Under the pieces are notes generated by a model that ran no database searches, had not been told where the DNA came from, and saw only the letters and a program-made list of their open reading frames with translations. DNA of 64,000 bases. It comes from a bacterium (GTDB lineage: Bacteria > Electryoneota > Electryoneia > Electryoneales > Electryoneaceae). This document shows, piece after piece, positions 10,586-20,176 of the stretch. How positions within the stretch are numbered: the stretch's first letter is position 1; each line of letters opens with the position of its first letter. A program made the position numbers and the translations under genes. The stretch covers positions 5,312,001 to 5,376,000 of the forward strand of contig OY769902.1 of assembly GCA_963669175.1 (NCBI GenBank). The letters are read 5' to 3'.

Positions 10586-11073
10586 GCGAAAAATGGGACT
10601 GTTACCTTTTCATGTTTGCAAGTGTACGACAGCCAAATGAATGCTGGAGAAAAGGTAACTGTACCAGATTTTTCGCCTGCTGATTGATCATCCGGAAAAT
10701 CCTGGGACAGCTACCTAGTGGAGCATTGCACCTGCTATGATGTTTTCTGAGCTGCGCGCTTGACCACAGACATAGCGGGTTATTTCAAGGGAAAGCAACG
10801 CAGTCATGGGGTAAAGCGCGCGCTCCCTTCGGGCTTGTTTTTGATGGCCGATTTCTGCGTTAGTTTCACTTAGAATAGAGCTACTAGGATTTCGTGAAAC
10901 TGTCTTGAACTCGACTCATCAAAAACAAGCAGAACAACTCATAGCAGGTGCAATGGACCACTATTTCGCTTCAATTTCGTCCGATAATTGATGATTGTAG
11001 ATATTTGTCGAACAGTACCAGCAACTAGAAGGGATTTCAGCAGGCGAAATAGAGTAGCAGTCCCGATTTTCCG
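10586..11073. repeat. REP/REPIN-like double-hairpin element, copy 2 (interrupted by a MITE)
   Basis: Arms nearly identical to those at 7658-7901, same orientation. Confidence 0.85.
10718..10961. mobile_element. Non-autonomous MITE, 244 bp, 23-bp terminal inverted repeats, TA target duplication
   Basis: GTGGAGCATTGCACCTGCTATGA...TCATAGCAGGTGCAATGGACCAC (21/23 match) flanked by TA at 10716-17 and 10962-63; paralogous site near 7790 has a single TA. Confidence 0.85.
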
Positions 11074-11097
11074 CTGACAACAAAGCCACTATCATAT

Positions 11098-11135
11098 AAA
11101 AACAACGGGATAGACTGTTGCAGCCTATCCCGTTG
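11098..11135 (-). terminator. Terminator of typA
   Basis: Minus strand CAACGGGATAGGCTG..CAGTCTATCCCGTTG + TTTTT. Confidence 0.75.
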
Positions 11136-11175
11136 ATAGCTTTATAACTTTTCAACTTTCAAACTTGATAACTTC

Positions 11176-13008
11176 CTACCCTTTATGCGCCAGCCGGTAC
11201 GCTCGCCGTGCGGCTTCCTCTGTCAGGTAACGTTTACGCAGGCGAATCGCATCCGGGGTGACTTCCACCAGTTCATCATCAGAAATGAACTCCAGCGCTT
11301 CTTCCAGGGACAGAATCTTCGGCGGGTGCAGCATGTAATTATCATCAGACCCTGCCGCGCGCATGTTGGTCAGTTTCTTTTCCTTGGACGGATTCACCCA
11401 CATGTCATCGCTACGGCTGTTCGCGCCGACGATCATACCGGAATACATCTCGATACCGGGTGCGACGAACATCTGCCCACGTTCCTGCAAGTTCTGGAGC
11501 GCGTACGCATTCGCTTTACCCGGACGATCCGCGACCAGCACACCAGTTTTACGGCTGGGGATTTCGCCGGCAAAACCACGCCATTCCAGGAAGAAATGGT
11601 TGATCACCGCTGTCCCACGTGTCTCGACCAGCATCTGCGAACGCAAGCCCAGCAAACCACGCATCGGCACTTCGAACTCCAACCGTACCCAGCCGGATTC
11701 GCTGTTGCTCATCTTCATCATGCGGCCCTTACGGAAACCCATGGTCTGGGTAATCACGCCGATAAACTCTTCCGGGCAGTCGATAATCAGGTGTTCCCAC
11801 GGTTCCAGCAGGGGGCCGTTACCCTCGCGACGAGTCAAAACGCGCGGCTTGCTGACAGCCACTTCATACCCTTCACGACGCATGGTTTCCAGCAGGATGG
11901 CAAACTGCAATTCACCGCGTCCCAACACGCGGAACGAGTCCGGCGAATCGGTCTCTTCCACCTTCAGGCTGGGATTACCCTGGATTTCCTTGAACAGGCG
12001 TGAACGAAGCTGACGGCTGGTGACAAACTTGCCCGAACGTCCCGAGAAGGGGCTGGTATTGACGGTAAAGATCATTTCCAGCGACGGTTCGTCGATCTGT
12101 AATTCAGGCAAAGGTTTCGGGGTTTCCGGGTCGGTCAGGGTCCAGCCAAGCTGAATCCCTTCGATACCGGCGATAGCTACGATATCTCCCGGCCTCGCTT
12201 CTTCGATATCCAGACGCCTCAAGCCGGAGAAGCCGTACAGCTTGGTGACCTTGGCAACCGTTCCGCCTTCGCCGCCGGTCATCAACACCGAATTGCCCGT
12301 GTGAAGAATACCATTGGTTACGCGGCCGATGCCAATCCGTCCCAGGTAATCGCTGTAGTCAAGCGTCGTGATCTGGAGCTGAAGCGGATGACCTTCTTCG
12401 TACGTCGGCGCGGGAACCTTGTCGAGGATAACCTCGAACAGGGGACGCAGATCCTTGCCGGGCTCATCGATGTCCAGCGTTGCCGTCCCCGCCTTGGCAT
12501 TGGTGTACAGGATAGGAAAATCGCACTGCTCTTCAGTCGCATCCAGGTCCAGGAACAGTTCAAGCACTTCGTCTTCCACTTCACCAAGGCGAGCGTCTGG
12601 GCGATCGATCTTGTTAATCACCACAATGGGTGACAATCCGGACGCCAGGGCGTTGGACAACACATAGCGTGTCTGGGGCAACGGGCCTTCGGAAGCGTCC
12701 ACCAGCAACAGGCAACCGTCAACCATCTTGAGCACACGCTGGACCTCACCGCCGAAATCGGCGTGGCCGGGAGTGTCAACGATGTTGATCGTGGTGCCGT
12801 TCCAGTCAATGGCCGTGTTCTTGGCCATAATGGTGATGCCCTTTTCGCGTTCCAGGTCAAGGCCGTCCATCACACGTTCTGCGATCTTCTCGTTCTCACG
12901 GAACAGCCCGGACTGGTGCAACATGGCATCCACCAGCGTCGTTTTACCATGGTCTACATGTGCAATAATAGCCAGGTTACGTATAGTTTCACGTTGCTTC
13001 ATGGTCAT
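11176..13008 (-). CDS. typA: Translational GTPase TypA/BipA
   Basis: IRNLAIIAHVDHGKTTLVD, EREKGITI, DTPGHADFGGEV, GRGELQ, KKLTNMRA, ELVEVTP; AGGAG RBS before ATG 13008. Confidence 0.97.
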   Translation of the reverse strand: MTMKQRETIRNLAIIAHVDHGKTTLVDAMLHQSGLFRENEKIAERVMDGLDLEREKGITIMAKNTAIDWNGTTINIVDTPGHADFGGEVQRVLKMVDGCLLLVDASEGPLPQTRYVLSNALASGLSPIVVINKIDRPDARLGEVEDEVLELFLDLDATEEQCDFPILYTNAKAGTATLDIDEPGKDLRPLFEVILDKVPAPTYEEGHPLQLQITTLDYSDYLGRIGIGRVTNGILHTGNSVLMTGGEGGTVAKVTKLYGFSGLRRLDIEEARPGDIVAIAGIEGIQLGWTLTDPETPKPLPELQIDEPSLEMIFTVNTSPFSGRSGKFVTSRQLRSRLFKEIQGNPSLKVEETDSPDSFRVLGRGELQFAILLETMRREGYEVAVSKPRVLTRREGNGPLLEPWEHLIIDCPEEFIGVITQTMGFRKGRMMKMSNSESGWVRLEFEVPMRGLLGLRSQMLVETRGTAVINHFFLEWRGFAGEIPSRKTGVLVADRPGKANAYALQNLQERGQMFVAPGIEMYSGMIVGANSRSDDMWVNPSKEKKLTNMRAAGSDDNYMLHPPKILSLEEALEFISDDELVEVTPDAIRLRKRYLTEEAARRAYRLAHKG

Positions 13009-13200
13009 GTTTAGGGAACTCCTGTCCTGCATGTGCTGCTATAAACGTAAAAAACCCGGGCCGCGGTCGACCCGGGTCCATCTTTGGGCGCAAACATACG
13101 ACATCCACGTGCAGGATCAAAGAGCTATCTCGTGGCTCCAGTGGACGTTCTCATGAAAACTGGAGGAAGACAGCTCACGCCATAAGCGAAAAAATGATGT

Positions 13201-15954
13201 TTACTTCTGATAAAGCACCTTACAGGTAGCTGGCTCTTCACCTTCCAGGCGCAGGAAATAGAGTCCTGAAGCAAGGTTCGGTGACGGATGCCAGTTCATC
13301 TCTCCCCTTTGTTTCACACCGCCATCGAGCTGCGCAACTCGTTGTCCCTGTATGTTGTACACGTTGATCCGAACAGATCCGGCTTCAGGTAGCGTAAATC
13401 GGATACGAAGCTCCGAATTAAATGGGTTCGGCCAGACAGTATCGATTGACGGTGAAGAAGGCAGTTGAGAGGTTTCCAACTCCGGCGAGTTATTGTACCA
13501 ACTGGCCCGAAAGCGCTGCATCAGGATGATCTCCTCTTCATACCTTTCCTGCCAGATACCAACCAGATCGCCGTCACTGGTACCAGCGATATGCTTTTGA
13601 TGGACCCAATAGTCATGTACATACAAGTCAGGTTCAGAATCTGCAAAAGGAATTCCCTGATTATATCCTTCTGCAATTGACAGCGTGTTATCCAACAGGT
13701 ATACACGTGTTGGGGTTGTAATCCAGACACCGTTATCCGGAGCGTTGTAAATGCCAATAACCGTGTCCCCCATGGTCGAGGTCAGCACTACAGGTCCGGC
13801 GGACAACGTGCCGTTCAGTGTAAATCGTGCTACCTCCCAGTACACGGAGTTCTGGTGGCGGTATACGACACAAACCTCATCGTCCTGAAACAACGACGCG
13901 ACTGAGATATCCGCCATTACGTAGTTTTCTGGTATAAAGTGTTCGTGCCAGTGGTTCTCAATGTTTTCTCGTAACAAGAAGCTACTGATGATTTGCCCGG
14001 TTTCCACATTATATCGTTCAAGATAAACCTGGCTGTCCTGGTAGTGGATGATACAAAGGGATGTTCCCCAATAGCACATGCCAAGAATGTTGCCCGGTGC
14101 ACCGTCAATAAAGGTAGTGCGTTCACGTGTTTCCCGGTCCAGCGACCATAAATGGCAGGTGTTCATATCCATATCCGCCCGATAGGCAAAATAGAGTCGA
14201 TTTCCCTCCATGAAACACTGTGGGCGATGGAAATCATAATACAGATAACTTGGCATTTCTCTGATCTTTTCCAGGTCGCCAACCTGTTGTCCCGCATCGT
14301 CAACAAATACCACTCCGGCAGATGAATCGCTTCTTTCCATTTCAAACCGGCAGAGTATCGGATATGGCCCCTCGCTACAATCACAAACTGCCCCGATGAA
14401 GTTAAAACCATCTCCAGGGAAAGCAACCTCCTCGTCCATATAGGGTTCCCCATTGACATCGAAATGGCGATACGAACGATAACTCATAGTCCAGACACCG
14501 CCATCATGATCCGGATAGGGTGTTGTAGTGTTTCCAATGGTAACCGGGTCAATCATCGTTCCCGATTCGCCATCCGGACCGACCGGACGTGTTCTGGAAA
14601 GACCATCTCCCGTATAGTACCAGGATAGCCAGACATTACCATTTTTACCTGCCACCAGGCTATTCAAATACAAATGGCGACTATATCCCAGCAATCGCAA
14701 TCCTAATAGTCCATCTGTATTCTGCATGAGGTATCCGCTACCCATTTCAAACTGGTAGCGCTTATCCTTTTTTGAGTTATAAACAAAGAGATAATTATCG
14801 TTTGCAACTGGCCAGACATCGTAATCATCATCGCATTGCACCTGCCACAGATGTTGCCCCTGGGGACTGTAGCAGTGAAAACGGCGAGTACTGTATTCTC
14901 GTAAGAGGATATCACCTGATGGAAGCAAATACCTGCAACTGAATTGACGTTCCATGTCCACGTGCGGACCGACCTGAATCTCATTCTCTTCGATGGTGAA
15001 ATTGCAAAGCATGTCGTCAAACCCTAACCTGTCAGTAATCCGAACAAACCCGATCGGATCGTTTACAGGGAACAAATCTGCATTGTTGTATCCGGTAATC
15101 AGTTCATCCAGCCATTCAGCCTGCCAATTGTAGAGTTCTATCCTGAACTGATCAGGAAGGTCTGCTTCACGTACGATATAGCCATCCAGAATATTCAGGC
15201 TTTTAGTCTCACCTTCAACCTCTTCGCATGTCCCGAGGCTGGTTATATCGCCATCAGCGCTGACTGACCATATCTGGAGAATCCCGTCATCATTAACTGC
15301 CGCTACAAGAAAATGTGTGTCGTCCAGTGAATAGAGTGTGAATGATTCGCCACGAGCTTCGTGTAAGATCTCGTAGAACTGTTCATCGCCTGTGTCTGGA
15401 TCATAACCACGAAATCCCAATGCGCCAGACCCTTCCCATAACCACACCAACAGGTTCCCGTCTGCCAGTTCCATCCCTGGATTCAGGTTTTCTTCATAGC
15501 CATGAAAGGAAAAAGGAATCGTGGTTTGCCAGAGAAACGTACGATCATTGTCCAGCGCCAGCAGTCTCCACTCCTGCGATTCACTGTCGAAAAACAGGAG
15601 AAATTGATTGCCTTCAGCGCTGGGCAACCAGGCGTGTAGCACACCGGGAACAGATTCTTCCGGCAAACGGTATATGGCAACAAGATTGCCCTCTTCATCG
15701 CTGACACCTTCCAGGTACGGTCCACCTGCAGTAGTATCATCACTTACCGGAGACTCAATCAGGATAGAGTGCCCGCCATCAGGAAAAAGAACCGGATCAA
15801 TGACAACCTGGTACTGGTCAAATCCAAATACGATACGACCATTTTCGCCCCAAAGACGTTCACCGAGTGTTGGAAATGCGGCCAGGAATGGAATAACCAG
15901 AATGCAGAACCCAAGGAAAGGAGAGGTTCGAAGGACAGTTCGTAGAATACCCAT
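13201..15954 (-). CDS. Secreted beta-rich protein with C-terminal T9SS type A/FlgD-Ig domain
   Basis: N-terminal signal peptide, propeller-like composition, C-term WPNPFNS..VYNIQGQRV..LASGLYFLRL. Confidence 0.75.
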   Translation of the reverse strand: MGILRTVLRTSPFLGFCILVIPFLAAFPTLGERLWGENGRIVFGFDQYQVVIDPVLFPDGGHSILIESPVSDDTTAGGPYLEGVSDEEGNLVAIYRLPEESVPGVLHAWLPSAEGNQFLLFFDSESQEWRLLALDNDRTFLWQTTIPFSFHGYEENLNPGMELADGNLLVWLWEGSGALGFRGYDPDTGDEQFYEILHEARGESFTLYSLDDTHFLVAAVNDDGILQIWSVSADGDITSLGTCEEVEGETKSLNILDGYIVREADLPDQFRIELYNWQAEWLDELITGYNNADLFPVNDPIGFVRITDRLGFDDMLCNFTIEENEIQVGPHVDMERQFSCRYLLPSGDILLREYSTRRFHCYSPQGQHLWQVQCDDDYDVWPVANDNYLFVYNSKKDKRYQFEMGSGYLMQNTDGLLGLRLLGYSRHLYLNSLVAGKNGNVWLSWYYTGDGLSRTRPVGPDGESGTMIDPVTIGNTTTPYPDHDGGVWTMSYRSYRHFDVNGEPYMDEEVAFPGDGFNFIGAVCDCSEGPYPILCRFEMERSDSSAGVVFVDDAGQQVGDLEKIREMPSYLYYDFHRPQCFMEGNRLYFAYRADMDMNTCHLWSLDRETRERTTFIDGAPGNILGMCYWGTSLCIIHYQDSQVYLERYNVETGQIISSFLLRENIENHWHEHFIPENYVMADISVASLFQDDEVCVVYRHQNSVYWEVARFTLNGTLSAGPVVLTSTMGDTVIGIYNAPDNGVWITTPTRVYLLDNTLSIAEGYNQGIPFADSEPDLYVHDYWVHQKHIAGTSDGDLVGIWQERYEEEIILMQRFRASWYNNSPELETSQLPSSPSIDTVWPNPFNSELRIRFTLPEAGSVRINVYNIQGQRVAQLDGGVKQRGEMNWHPSPNLASGLYFLRLEGEEPATCKVLYQK

Positions 15955-16197
15955 GCCACCCCCTGTTTTACATGGTTCATTAAACGTGATTTAAACCAAA
16001 CTAAACTTTTCAAATGGAAAAGGGCAATAGTTTCTGAAGAAAAAACAAAAAAATGCTACGTAACGAAGGACATGTATACCTTGCTATCCGAATATCTCTG
16101 CTTACGTATAGCGATTCCAATTATTGATCCGTCATATGGTCATGCGCTATATCAGTGAAAGGTCAACCATATGGTTGGAATAAAGGATAAGGATATG

Positions 16198-16328
16198 GAA
16201 AAAGGGTACAGTTTCCTTTCCCTGGGGCAAAGCCTTCCCGCTGTGAGCAAGGACCGGGAAAGGTGGCTGTACCCTTTTTCTTGAGAGCAGGCAGGACGTA
16301 CACGGAAAAGGGTACGGTTTCCTTTTTC
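16198..16328. repeat. REP-like inverted repeat cluster (three arms)
   Basis: GAAAAAGGGTACAGTTTCCTTTCCC / GGGAAAGGTGGCTGTACCCTTTTTC / GGAAAAGGGTACGGTTTCCTTTTTC; resembles arms at 7658 and 10586. Confidence 0.7.
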
Positions 16329-16342
16329 ACTGTCTGCTTTTT

Positions 16343-17557
16343 TCACTTATCCTCACATATCTCTATTGTCCCATTATTACCCGTATCCGGCCCATCCCGT
16401 AACAAATCATTAATCGCCCGCCAATACAGATCTTCGTAATGATCAATGGAGGCGGACGTAGTGAAGGTGGCAACCGCTCTTTGTCGTGCGGCCTGCTTCA
16501 TCCGGTTCAGCTTCTCCCTGTCACGCAGCAGCTCCAGGCAGGCCGCGCTCATGGCGTTCACATCACCCGGTTCTGTCAGCACACCGTCCACCCCGTTCCG
16601 CACGACTTCGGTCAAGCCACCCACATTCGCTCCGATCACCGCTGCGCCGCAGGCCATTGCTTCCAGCGCGGCCAGGCCGAACGATTCGGCGTTGGAGGGA
16701 AACAGGAACAGGTCCGCACAGGGCAGGATCTCCTGGGCGTTATCCTGAATCCCGAGAAAGTGGACATCGGCGCGAAATGGCGATTCACGTAGTCGTTTTT
16801 CGGCCGGAGGACGTTCCGGGCCATCCCCGATCATCACCAGTTGGCATTCGATCTCTTTGCGAACCTGCAGAAAACATTCAACCACATCTTCCACATGTTT
16901 GACCGGGCGGAAGTTGGACATGTGCATCAGGACAGGCGTTTGGCGTGTGATGCGTCCTTTCATCTGGCAGGAACTGCGCGGCTGATATTTCTCGGTATCG
17001 ACAAAGTTATAGATCACATCCATAGTACAGCCGCAGCCCAACCGTTCCGGCACCTGGCTCGCCAACCAGCGGCTCACCACGGTCACCTTGTCGGAAGAAT
17101 CCAGCGAGAACCTGGTTACCGGCAAATAGGATGGATTCTTGCCTACGATGGTAATATCGGTGCCGTGGAGAGTGGTGATCAGGGGCAGATCATCTTCACG
17201 GTTGGCCAGTTTTCGTGCCAGATAACCGGATATCGCATGCGGGATGGCGTAATGGACATGCAACACATCCAGCTTGAATTCGCAAATCACCTCGGCCAAT
17301 CGTGTCGCAAGCGCCAGCGAGTACGGCGGGTACTCGAAAAGAGGATAGTCCGGCACATCTACCGGGTGAAAATGGATTCCCGGGCGCATCATGTCCAGAC
17401 GCGCCGGTTTACGGTAGCTGACGACATGGACCTGATGCCCACGTTCTGCCAATGCATGTGCGATTTCCACCGCCACAACACCACTGCCGCCCGTTGTCGG
17501 GTAGCAGACAATGCCGACGCTCAGGGCGCGACGCTTGATCATCTCTGTGTTTTGCAC
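16343..17557 (-). CDS. bshA: N-acetyl-alpha-D-glucosaminyl L-malate synthase
   Basis: CYPTTGGSGVVA, YPLFEYPPY, LHVHYAIPHA, TTLHGTDIT, SNFRPVK, ESFGLAALEAMACG. Confidence 0.95.
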   Translation of the reverse strand: MQNTEMIKRRALSVGIVCYPTTGGSGVVAVEIAHALAERGHQVHVVSYRKPARLDMMRPGIHFHPVDVPDYPLFEYPPYSLALATRLAEVICEFKLDVLHVHYAIPHAISGYLARKLANREDDLPLITTLHGTDITIVGKNPSYLPVTRFSLDSSDKVTVVSRWLASQVPERLGCGCTMDVIYNFVDTEKYQPRSSCQMKGRITRQTPVLMHMSNFRPVKHVEDVVECFLQVRKEIECQLVMIGDGPERPPAEKRLRESPFRADVHFLGIQDNAQEILPCADLFLFPSNAESFGLAALEAMACGAAVIGANVGGLTEVVRNGVDGVLTEPGDVNAMSAACLELLRDREKLNRMKQAARQRAVATFTTSASIDHYEDLYWRAINDLLRDGPDTGNNGTIEICEDK

Positions 17558-17757
17558 GATATCACCCGCTTGGAAACAATTAAGAATTAAAAATTAACAA
17601 TTAATAATTGAACACCGTGATATTCTCATCCTCATAGAAAAAAGTTTGAAGTATGATCTGCGTTTTCATTACGCTTGGCCCGACTGCTTGCTGTCGGGAT
17701 TTATATTTTCAGGATTATGTTCCATCCGGCCAATTGTATCCAAACCACTTGTGGTTC

Positions 17758-17781
17758 CCCGGCCAGGCATGGCCGGGCTAC
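17758..17781 (-). repeat. GTAG-type REP palindrome, copy 1
   Basis: Minus strand GTAG+CCCGGCCATGCCTGGCCGGG; identical 24-mer at 40069-40092. Confidence 0.75.
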
Positions 17782-17822
17782 TTTTTTCACTTTTTTCACT
17801 GTCTACTTTTTTCACTTCTCCG

Positions 17823-18554
17823 TTACGGATTTGCCGTCCCCGGCCCATTCACCAGCACATCAAACGGATCATGTACCGGAACCGGGGTACGGATCAGCCA
17901 GGGTTCGGCATAGGGTACCGCGATCAGGGCGCCGAAATGAGAATAGCGTCCCTTCATCCATTCCACGAACTGCGGCGCTGCGAGGAAGGTTTCCGGCCCG
18001 GTCACACCAGGCGTATAGAACTGGGTTTTGTACGCTCGCACCGCTTCCATCCGTGTGTCCCACACATCGCTGATATCGACCACAAAATCCGGCTGCGCAT
18101 CCCACCACATCGGATACTTCATCACAGCGTCCACCTTGTGGCGCGGAAATTCGCTGGGATATTTGCCCACGTTTGCCATGAACACAGCTTCTTCGACCAG
18201 TTCCATGCCCTGCTTGTGGTCCGGGTGACGGTCTTTCGCCCCGGGACAGATAACCAGCTTTGGCGCATGTTTGCGGATAACTTCGACGACTTTATGACGC
18301 TGATCGTAATCCCGGCTGTTCAGGCCACCATCCGGCAAGCCGATATTTTCACGGAAAGTCACGCCAAGAATCCGCGCCGCTTCCGCCGCTTCCATGTCAC
18401 GTTCTTCCGCGCTGCCACGTGTACCCAGTTCCCCGCGTGTCATGTCAACCAGGCCAACCTTGTAGCCCTGTTTGACCAGCTTGGCAACCGTACCACCACA
18501 CAACAACTCGACATCATCAGGATGCGGTCCGAATGCCAGAATATCTATTTTCAT
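17823..18554 (-). CDS. bshB1: Bacillithiol biosynthesis deacetylase BshB1
   Basis: DILAFGPHPDDVEL, DMTRGELGTRG, DRHPDH; lies between bshC and bshA. Confidence 0.93.
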   Translation of the reverse strand: MKIDILAFGPHPDDVELLCGGTVAKLVKQGYKVGLVDMTRGELGTRGSAEERDMEAAEAARILGVTFRENIGLPDGGLNSRDYDQRHKVVEVIRKHAPKLVICPGAKDRHPDHKQGMELVEEAVFMANVGKYPSEFPRHKVDAVMKYPMWWDAQPDFVVDISDVWDTRMEAVRAYKTQFYTPGVTGPETFLAAPQFVEWMKGRYSHFGALIAVPYAEPWLIRTPVPVHDPFDVLVNGPGTANP

Positions 18555-20176
18555 GCTTCCAACTCCTCCACGTCCACAATTACATGTCCTTCACCATGCT
18601 TGTCCGCAATACTCAACAAACCATCCAGCAACCTGTCGCCATATCGTGCCAAGTAATATACCGGTGAAAGCAGCCGTTCCTGGAAGCTATCACCCGGACG
18701 AAGATGTAGCGCTGCAAGGTCAAATCCATTGCCGAACGCCTGGTCCGCCTGCTGCCGACGTTGCTTGAACTGCCCTTCAAGACGATCAAGCTGATACGTC
18801 ATCTTGTCAAACGCCTGATCGATCTGCTTGTCCATGCCGGAATAAACCGTGCCTGTCTGCGCGGACAATTCAGCCTTGTTCTCTTCCAACGTTGTTCGTA
18901 TCCGGCTGAACTGATCGAACACCTCGCCCGCTTCTCCACTTTTAAGTAGTGATTCTCGTAAACCGTCCACATCTCCCAACAAGTCGGCAGCCTCCACATT
19001 CAGCTTTTCCAGCTTGCGTCTGATCTTCGTTTCTACCAGCGTAACGCTCAAACGATGCAACAGTGCAGGCGGTCGTAGATTCATCTGGTCAAAGTTGCTG
19101 TCCAACTGTGCCCAGTATGCGATCTCATGCGGCCCCCCGACAAACGCTGCCGCAGGTAATAACCACTGCTGCCAGAGCGGACGCAAGGTTACACCGATGG
19201 AGAAACGTTCGGGTTCACTCGCTGCGATATCTCTCAGCTCAGGAAGAGACAGCAGGATATCACCCTTCCCGTGGCGAGCGGATTCATCCAGGATCACCTT
19301 CCGGCGATGACCATCTTCAAGAACGAACAACGCTGGACGGTTCTCTTCGACCGGAACCTGAATCATGTACCCCTGTTGTTCCAGCTCCCGGCCTCGTTCG
19401 ACGGCTCGATGCAAGCGTTGCGGGATCGTATCAACAGCTTTCAACCAGAACGGCTGCGACAGTCGTTTCAATACCTCGTCGTCAGCATCGAGGAACACCA
19501 TGCCAAAGCGTGACAGCAAACCGACCATGAACCGATGGAATGAGTAACCATAGGTGTACTCAGGCCGGTATGCCTCCGATAACAGCTTCATCAATTCCGG
19601 TTTAAAGTCGCTGTCAGGAAGGTCATCTGTCAGTCTTTCAATCAATTCTGAAGCGGCAGTTTCAAGCTGGATACCACCGCAAGGTCGGCTGTTCTCCGGC
19701 AGGTTTCGCTTTACTTGTTGCAGCTCATTTTTTGTATCGATCCACCAGCAACGTCCCACTTCGGCGAAGTTGTGATCGCTACCCGCCATCCAGAACACCG
19801 GGACAGTTCTAACGCCGCTTTCAGTCTCCATCCTGCGTGCATATGCGATAGCGGTCAACGCTTTGTACAAGCTGTACAGCGGTCCTCCGGCAAGCCCCAC
19901 CTGCTGCCCGGTAACCACGACAAGCGTCCCCGGTTGCGCCAGGGCGTCCAGATTGGCGTATGCAGCTTCGTGGTAATGGAAAGCAGCGGCATTCTCTTTC
20001 AATCGTGCTGCAATCGCTGTGTAGGGACGCTGTTGCTGCTGTTCATAGTGCGAGCGTTCCCGCCACCAGGCTGCATCCGGATTAAATGTATATCCGAAAG
20101 ATCCAGCCTGGGCTTCCATCATGTCAGCTACCAGTCGCGGGGCGCCGGGATACTCTCTATAGGGTATTACCTTCAT
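18551..20176 (-). CDS. bshC: Bacillithiol biosynthesis cysteine-adding enzyme BshC
   Basis: VVVTGQQ..GGPLY..YKA, VPVFWMAGSDH, LRPLWQ, GGPHEIAYWAQL, QER. Confidence 0.93.
   Translation of the reverse strand: MKVIPYREYPGAPRLVADMMEAQAGSFGYTFNPDAAWWRERSHYEQQQQRPYTAIAARLKENAAAFHYHEAAYANLDALAQPGTLVVVTGQQVGLAGGPLYSLYKALTAIAYARRMETESGVRTVPVFWMAGSDHNFAEVGRCWWIDTKNELQQVKRNLPENSRPCGGIQLETAASELIERLTDDLPDSDFKPELMKLLSEAYRPEYTYGYSFHRFMVGLLSRFGMVFLDADDEVLKRLSQPFWLKAVDTIPQRLHRAVERGRELEQQGYMIQVPVEENRPALFVLEDGHRRKVILDESARHGKGDILLSLPELRDIAASEPERFSIGVTLRPLWQQWLLPAAAFVGGPHEIAYWAQLDSNFDQMNLRPPALLHRLSVTLVETKIRRKLEKLNVEAADLLGDVDGLRESLLKSGEAGEVFDQFSRIRTTLEENKAELSAQTGTVYSGMDKQIDQAFDKMTYQLDRLEGQFKQRRQQADQAFGNGFDLAALHLRPGDSFQERLLSPVYYLARYGDRLLDGLLSIADKHGEGHVIVDVEELEA

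Noticed and set aside
7658-11073. Integron attC sites flanking a gene cassette
   Set aside because: No clear RYYYAAC/GTTRRRY ends and no integron integrase in the window
17646-18656. 336-aa plus-strand ORF and other long antisense ORFs (e.g. 43474-44703, 62117-63082, 11185-12003)
   Set aside because: Shadow frames of well-supported genes on the opposite strand, with no motifs
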